This document shows, piece by piece, positions 61,601-64,000 of a DNA stretch of 64,000 bases. A model generated the notes under the pieces. The model searched no databases. It worked only from the letters and a program-made list of their open reading frames with translations, and was not told the origin of the DNA. This DNA is from Octopus sinensis. Taxonomy: Eukaryota. The DNA is taken from the NCBI RefSeq assembly GCF_006345805.1, contig NC_043006.1, positions 30,690,001-30,754,000 on the forward strand, in the 5' to 3' direction. A program made the translations under genes and the position numbers. Positions within the stretch are counted from its first letter, which is position 1. Each line of letters begins with the position of its first letter.

Positions 61601-63865
61601 ACTGACTCCTTCACCACCAGACACAACTCTCCTCATTTTACTAAAACAGAGGGCAGTTGCCAATATTATTCATCATCATCATCGTTTAACATCCATTTTC
61701 CATGCTGGTATGGGTTGGATGGTTTGACTGAGGTCTGGGGAGCCAGCAGCTGCACCAGGCTCCAGTCTGATCTGGCAGTGTTTCTACAGCTGGATGCCCT
61801 TCCTAACGCCAACCACTCCGTGAGTGTAGTGGGTGCTTTTTATGTACCACTGGCACAGGAGCCAGTCAGGTGGGCCTAGCATCAATCACGTTTGGATAGT
61901 GCTTTTTACGTGCCACTGGTATGGGGGCCAGTCGGGGTACTGGCATTGGCCATGTTTGGATGGTGCTTTGTCCATCGCTGCTGGTTCACCTCAATACAAC
62001 AACCACCATTACAAAGCCTTCCACCACTTTTGCCTCCCCAACAACCCTTTGCTACCATTTATCTGCTTCAGTTCTAAAATGGCCTTCAATATTTTTCTCA
62101 CTTGCTTATGACAATCTATGACTTCTCAGCTGTGAGCATGGAGTGGATAGAATTTGAGGCAGATTTTCCATAGTTGGGTGCCCTTTCTGTTGCCAACTCT
62201 CACTTGTTTCTTAGCAAAGTAACATTTTCCCTGCATGTATGACAGTGACACTCATTTACAGCTGTCATGTAATGTCATGATAAGGAGACAGTAACACACA
62301 CGCACACACATGATGGACATCTTTCAGTTTCTGTCTACCAAATCCACTCACAAAGTATTGATCAGCCCTGGACTATAGTAGAAGACACTTGCCCAAGTTG
62401 TCAGCAGTAGGATTGAACCCAGGACCATGTGGTTGGGAAGCACACTTCTTATCACACAGCAAAATGATAAGGATTATGAGTATTTTCTTCTGAGGGTTTC
62501 TGGTGCTCTGACTGTTTATCAATGTTTTTTCCTTGTTTTACTCTCATTAACAGCAAGCCTTTACAAAGGCTTTTGTGCAGCACTACAGTCGAGTATCATT
62601 GGTTGTGGTCAAGTCTAAAGACCACTATGCAGTAGCACATCGTGTGGTCCACATCAGTGTTCAGTTGTTCAGCAATGAAACGTTAGCAAGGACCATGTGC
62701 AAAGACTACAACCTGCTCTACATCCTTGTCTTCAGTCTACGCCACATGGTGGAATCTGTTTTCATGCAGAGTACATTACAGAGTAAGTTATGTTTCATTA
62801 TTTTATTTCATATTGTAATTTATGAACACTGGTGCCTTTACGTATGATTGTTAATTGCCTAGTCCCTGATTCCCTAATTTTTTGGTAGTAAAAACCCCGG
62901 CACAGCATCAGTTACAATGAAGAGTGTTTCCTGTTGATCTGATCAGTAAAACACCCTGCTCATGAAATTAATGTGCAAGTGGCTGAGCACTCCACAGACA
63001 TGTGTACCCTTAACATAGTTCTCAGGGAGATTCAACATGATACAGAATGTGACAAGGCTGGCCCCTTTTGAATTACAGACACAACTCATTTTTGGCAGCA
63101 GAGTGGATTGGAGCAATGTGAGATGTCTTACTCAAAGACATAACTGTACTGTTGGGAATTGGACTCATGCCTTCACTGTTTGCAAAAAGAGGAAAAGAAT
63201 GTCACCAGTTTTCCAGTTTCCTGCTGTTTTATATAACCTCATTGATCTGCATCAGTTGAAGACATACAAATACAGTTTTTCATTCAGAAGATATTGTTCA
63301 ACCAAAGGTTGTATTAGAAACTCCTTGTTCAAGATGTTGTGTTGTTAGATTGAACCTGAAACCACGTTGCTAAGCCAACTTGTTCACCACACAGCCATAC
63401 TAGTGTACTTGTTTTTGTCTGACAATTATTATTTTACATAAAACTATTTTATTTCTATTCTTTTGCACATTCCTGCATTTGGACAAAATTCTTTGCCTCA
63501 TTTAGTTATTGGTCCTTTACATTCAAAGGTTCAATCCCATCAAACTGCACTTTACCTTTCATCCTTCAATGGTCAATAAAGTACCGTTCAAACACTGCCA
63601 TCAATGTAAATTGATTGTTCTGCTTGTATCTTTTTTTCTTTTTTACCCGTTTACTAAAATTATAAAATTTTCTTTCATCTTTCAGACAATTTCAAGAACT
63701 TCCATAATGTCGTAGACTGTGATTCTAAAGCCATGAAAGATCATTGTTATTGGCCAATTGTTAGTGATTTGATCAACTTGTTGTCTCATCATACCATTGC
63801 CTTGCAATTTATGGAAAATGTTAACTTGGTTAATACATGGCTTTGCTTGCTTGTTTATTTCCAAG
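44830..63865 (+). CDS. UBR3: E3 ubiquitin-protein ligase UBR3 (UBR-box family), first 8 coding exons; gene continues beyond the right edge
   Basis: Manual splice: 44830-45046, 49910-50123, 51303-51439, 53953-54099, 56711-56800, 57151-57284, 62554-62782, 63686-63865. All introns are GT-AG and the cumulative phase is consistent. UBR box [55 protein letters not shown]; downstream blocks [39 protein letters not shown] and [15 protein letters not shown] match UBR3 as I recall it. Confidence 0.97.
46928..47648. mobile_element. hAT-type MITE with a nested RTE 3'UTR insertion
   Basis: TIRs cagtggtgcccagcc / ggttgggaactactg; 8-bp TSD gactagat (46920-46927) / gactaggt (47649-47656); RTE tail at about 47040-47575. 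Confidence 0.85.
48400..48620 (-). mobile_element. Penelope-like fragment; about 65 bp of it recurs at about 45180-45248
   Basis: Shared cgtgttcctatatgaacagactgctgtgaa.ttccatcctgaagctatatatttaatgta; decayed [17 protein letters not shown] peptide. Confidence 0.5.
48740..49095 (-). mobile_element. CORE-like SINE (family B)
   Basis: cttttacttgtttcagtcatt...gacacttgcccaagg. Confidence 0.85.
49287..49808. mobile_element. Mariner-derived foldback element (two inverted copies of a mariner 3' end)
   Basis: TA-flanked; arms about 49287-49503 and 49563-49808 pair along their length except for a 25-nt insert in the right arm; loop about 58 nt. Confidence 0.92.
49910..50123 (+). CDS. UBR3: UBR3 coding exon 2, UBR-box zinc finger (214 nt)
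   Basis: Acceptor ttcttccag|; Cys/His UBR box; donor GG|GTGAGT. Confidence 0.98.
50435..50649 (+). mobile_element. Meta-like SINE (family A)
   Basis: gtagtgagctggcagaaacgttagcacgccaggc...tcatcctttcggggtcgataaattaagtacc. Confidence 0.9.
51303..51439 (+). CDS. UBR3: UBR3 coding exon 3 ([10 protein letters not shown]...[11 protein letters not shown]); 3' end ambiguous (51435 or 51439)
   Basis: Acceptor ctaaacag|; GFCxRH completes the UBR box; tandem donors GTAG/GTCTGT. Confidence 0.93.
51560..52600 (-). mobile_element. RTE-clade LINE RT remnant
   Basis: [10 protein letters not shown] (ORF 52011..52232) plus decayed flanking RT. Confidence 0.7.
53953..54099 (+). CDS. UBR3: UBR3 coding exon 4 ([26 protein letters not shown]...EKFTQ); 5' end ambiguous (53953 or 53955)
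   Basis: Acceptor tttttcag|ag; donor A|GTAAGT. Confidence 0.92.
54290..55600 (-). mobile_element. Three 3' fragments of an R4/Dong-type non-LTR retrotransposon with a restriction-like endonuclease
   Basis: Middle fragment (about 54715-55330): CRFC...[10 protein letters not shown] zinc knuckle, [30 protein letters not shown]. The other two encode the LQKVxLxxTxxIIRxVL terminus (about 54290-54430 and 55360-55600). Confidence 0.82.
55620..56010 (+). mobile_element. Two tandem Meta-like SINEs (family A)
   Basis: gagttcaaattc heads and Meta-like cores at about 55620-55790 and 55795-56010. Confidence 0.8.
56711..56800 (+). CDS. UBR3: UBR3 coding exon 5 (90 nt, [30 protein letters not shown])
   Basis: Acceptor ctatttcag|; donor A|GTAAGT; phase 1-1; stop-free. 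Confidence 0.9.
57151..57284 (+). CDS. UBR3: UBR3 coding exon 6 (134 nt, [44 protein letters not shown])
   Basis: Acceptor tatacag|; donor AAG|GTAAGC. Confidence 0.96.
57420..58455 (+). mobile_element. 5'-truncated RTE LINE (RT C-terminus plus complete 3'UTR)
   Basis: Stop-free VDSFCYLGD...HGSETW...RRLCWYGHV...GRGRPRKTW (ORF 57318..58049), then a 3'UTR ending aaacgatgatgat. Confidence 0.93.
59028..60950 (-). mobile_element. Helitron Rep/Helicase remnant (PIF1-like helicase), antisense in UBR3 intron 6
   Basis: [28 protein letters not shown], Walker [57 protein letters not shown]; stops, a frameshift and an internal deletion. Confidence 0.93.
61670..61960 (-). mobile_element. RTE LINE 3'UTR copy, little decayed
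   Basis: catcatcatcgtttaacatcc...ggatgcccttcctaacgccaaccactccgtgagtgtagtggg. Confidence 0.88.
62270..62460 (-). mobile_element. CORE-like SINE fragment (family B)
   Basis: tttcagtttctgtctaccaaatccactcac...gacacttgcccaag. Confidence 0.75.
62554..62782 (+). CDS. UBR3: UBR3 coding exon 7 (229 nt, [14 protein letters not shown]...[17 protein letters not shown]...STLQ)
   Basis: Acceptor cattaacag|; donor A|GTAAGT. Confidence 0.97.
63686..63865 (+). CDS. UBR3: UBR3 coding exon 8 (180 nt, [34 protein letters not shown]...YFQG)
   Basis: Acceptor catctttcag|; donor G|GTAAAC. Confidence 0.96.
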
Positions 63866-64000
63866 GTAAACACTTTTCTTGTACTATGTGATTTGTGTGT
63901 GTGTATTAGTATTTTTTACTAAGAGAGTGTTGGGGAGAGATCTTGTTTAATGAAAGTAGAGATGGTTTATAATTAATCTGTTGATTGACTTAACAAAAAT

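Noticed and set aside
2311-63170. tRNA genes suggested by A/B-box-like sequences
   Set aside because: All are SINE heads followed by family-specific bodies; no complete cloverleaf seen.

Overview
AT-rich, repeat-dense animal genomic DNA. The SINE, LINE and microsatellite content looks like a coleoid cephalopod, most likely Octopus; this is recognised from memory, not from a search. The window holds two divergent, intron-rich protein-coding genes that the ORF track mostly misses. BBS5 (BBSome subunit) is on the minus strand: 9 coding exons were reconstructed from ATG 35134 down to 1193 (225 aa, all GT-AG, phases consistent), and the gene continues past the left edge. UBR3 (UBR-box E3 ligase) is on the plus strand: 8 coding exons run from ATG 44830 to 63865, and the gene continues past the right edge. 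The two ATGs are 9.7 kb apart. BBS5 has RFX X-box motifs just upstream of its ATG. The introns are filled with tRNA-derived SINEs, RTE, CR1/L2-like, R4/Dong and Penelope retroelement remnants, Tc1/mariner (DD34D, DD37D), hAT and foldback MITEs, Helitrons and microsatellites. No complete new biological system can be demonstrated from sequence alone. The best leads are: BBS5-UBR3 linkage echoing human 2q31.1, the X-box cluster, a possible hidden minus-strand transcript between the genes, long hairpins near exons (candidate ADAR substrates), tandem splice sites in UBR3, TAA-bounded Dong-like LINE fragments, and a decayed hammerhead-like motif.
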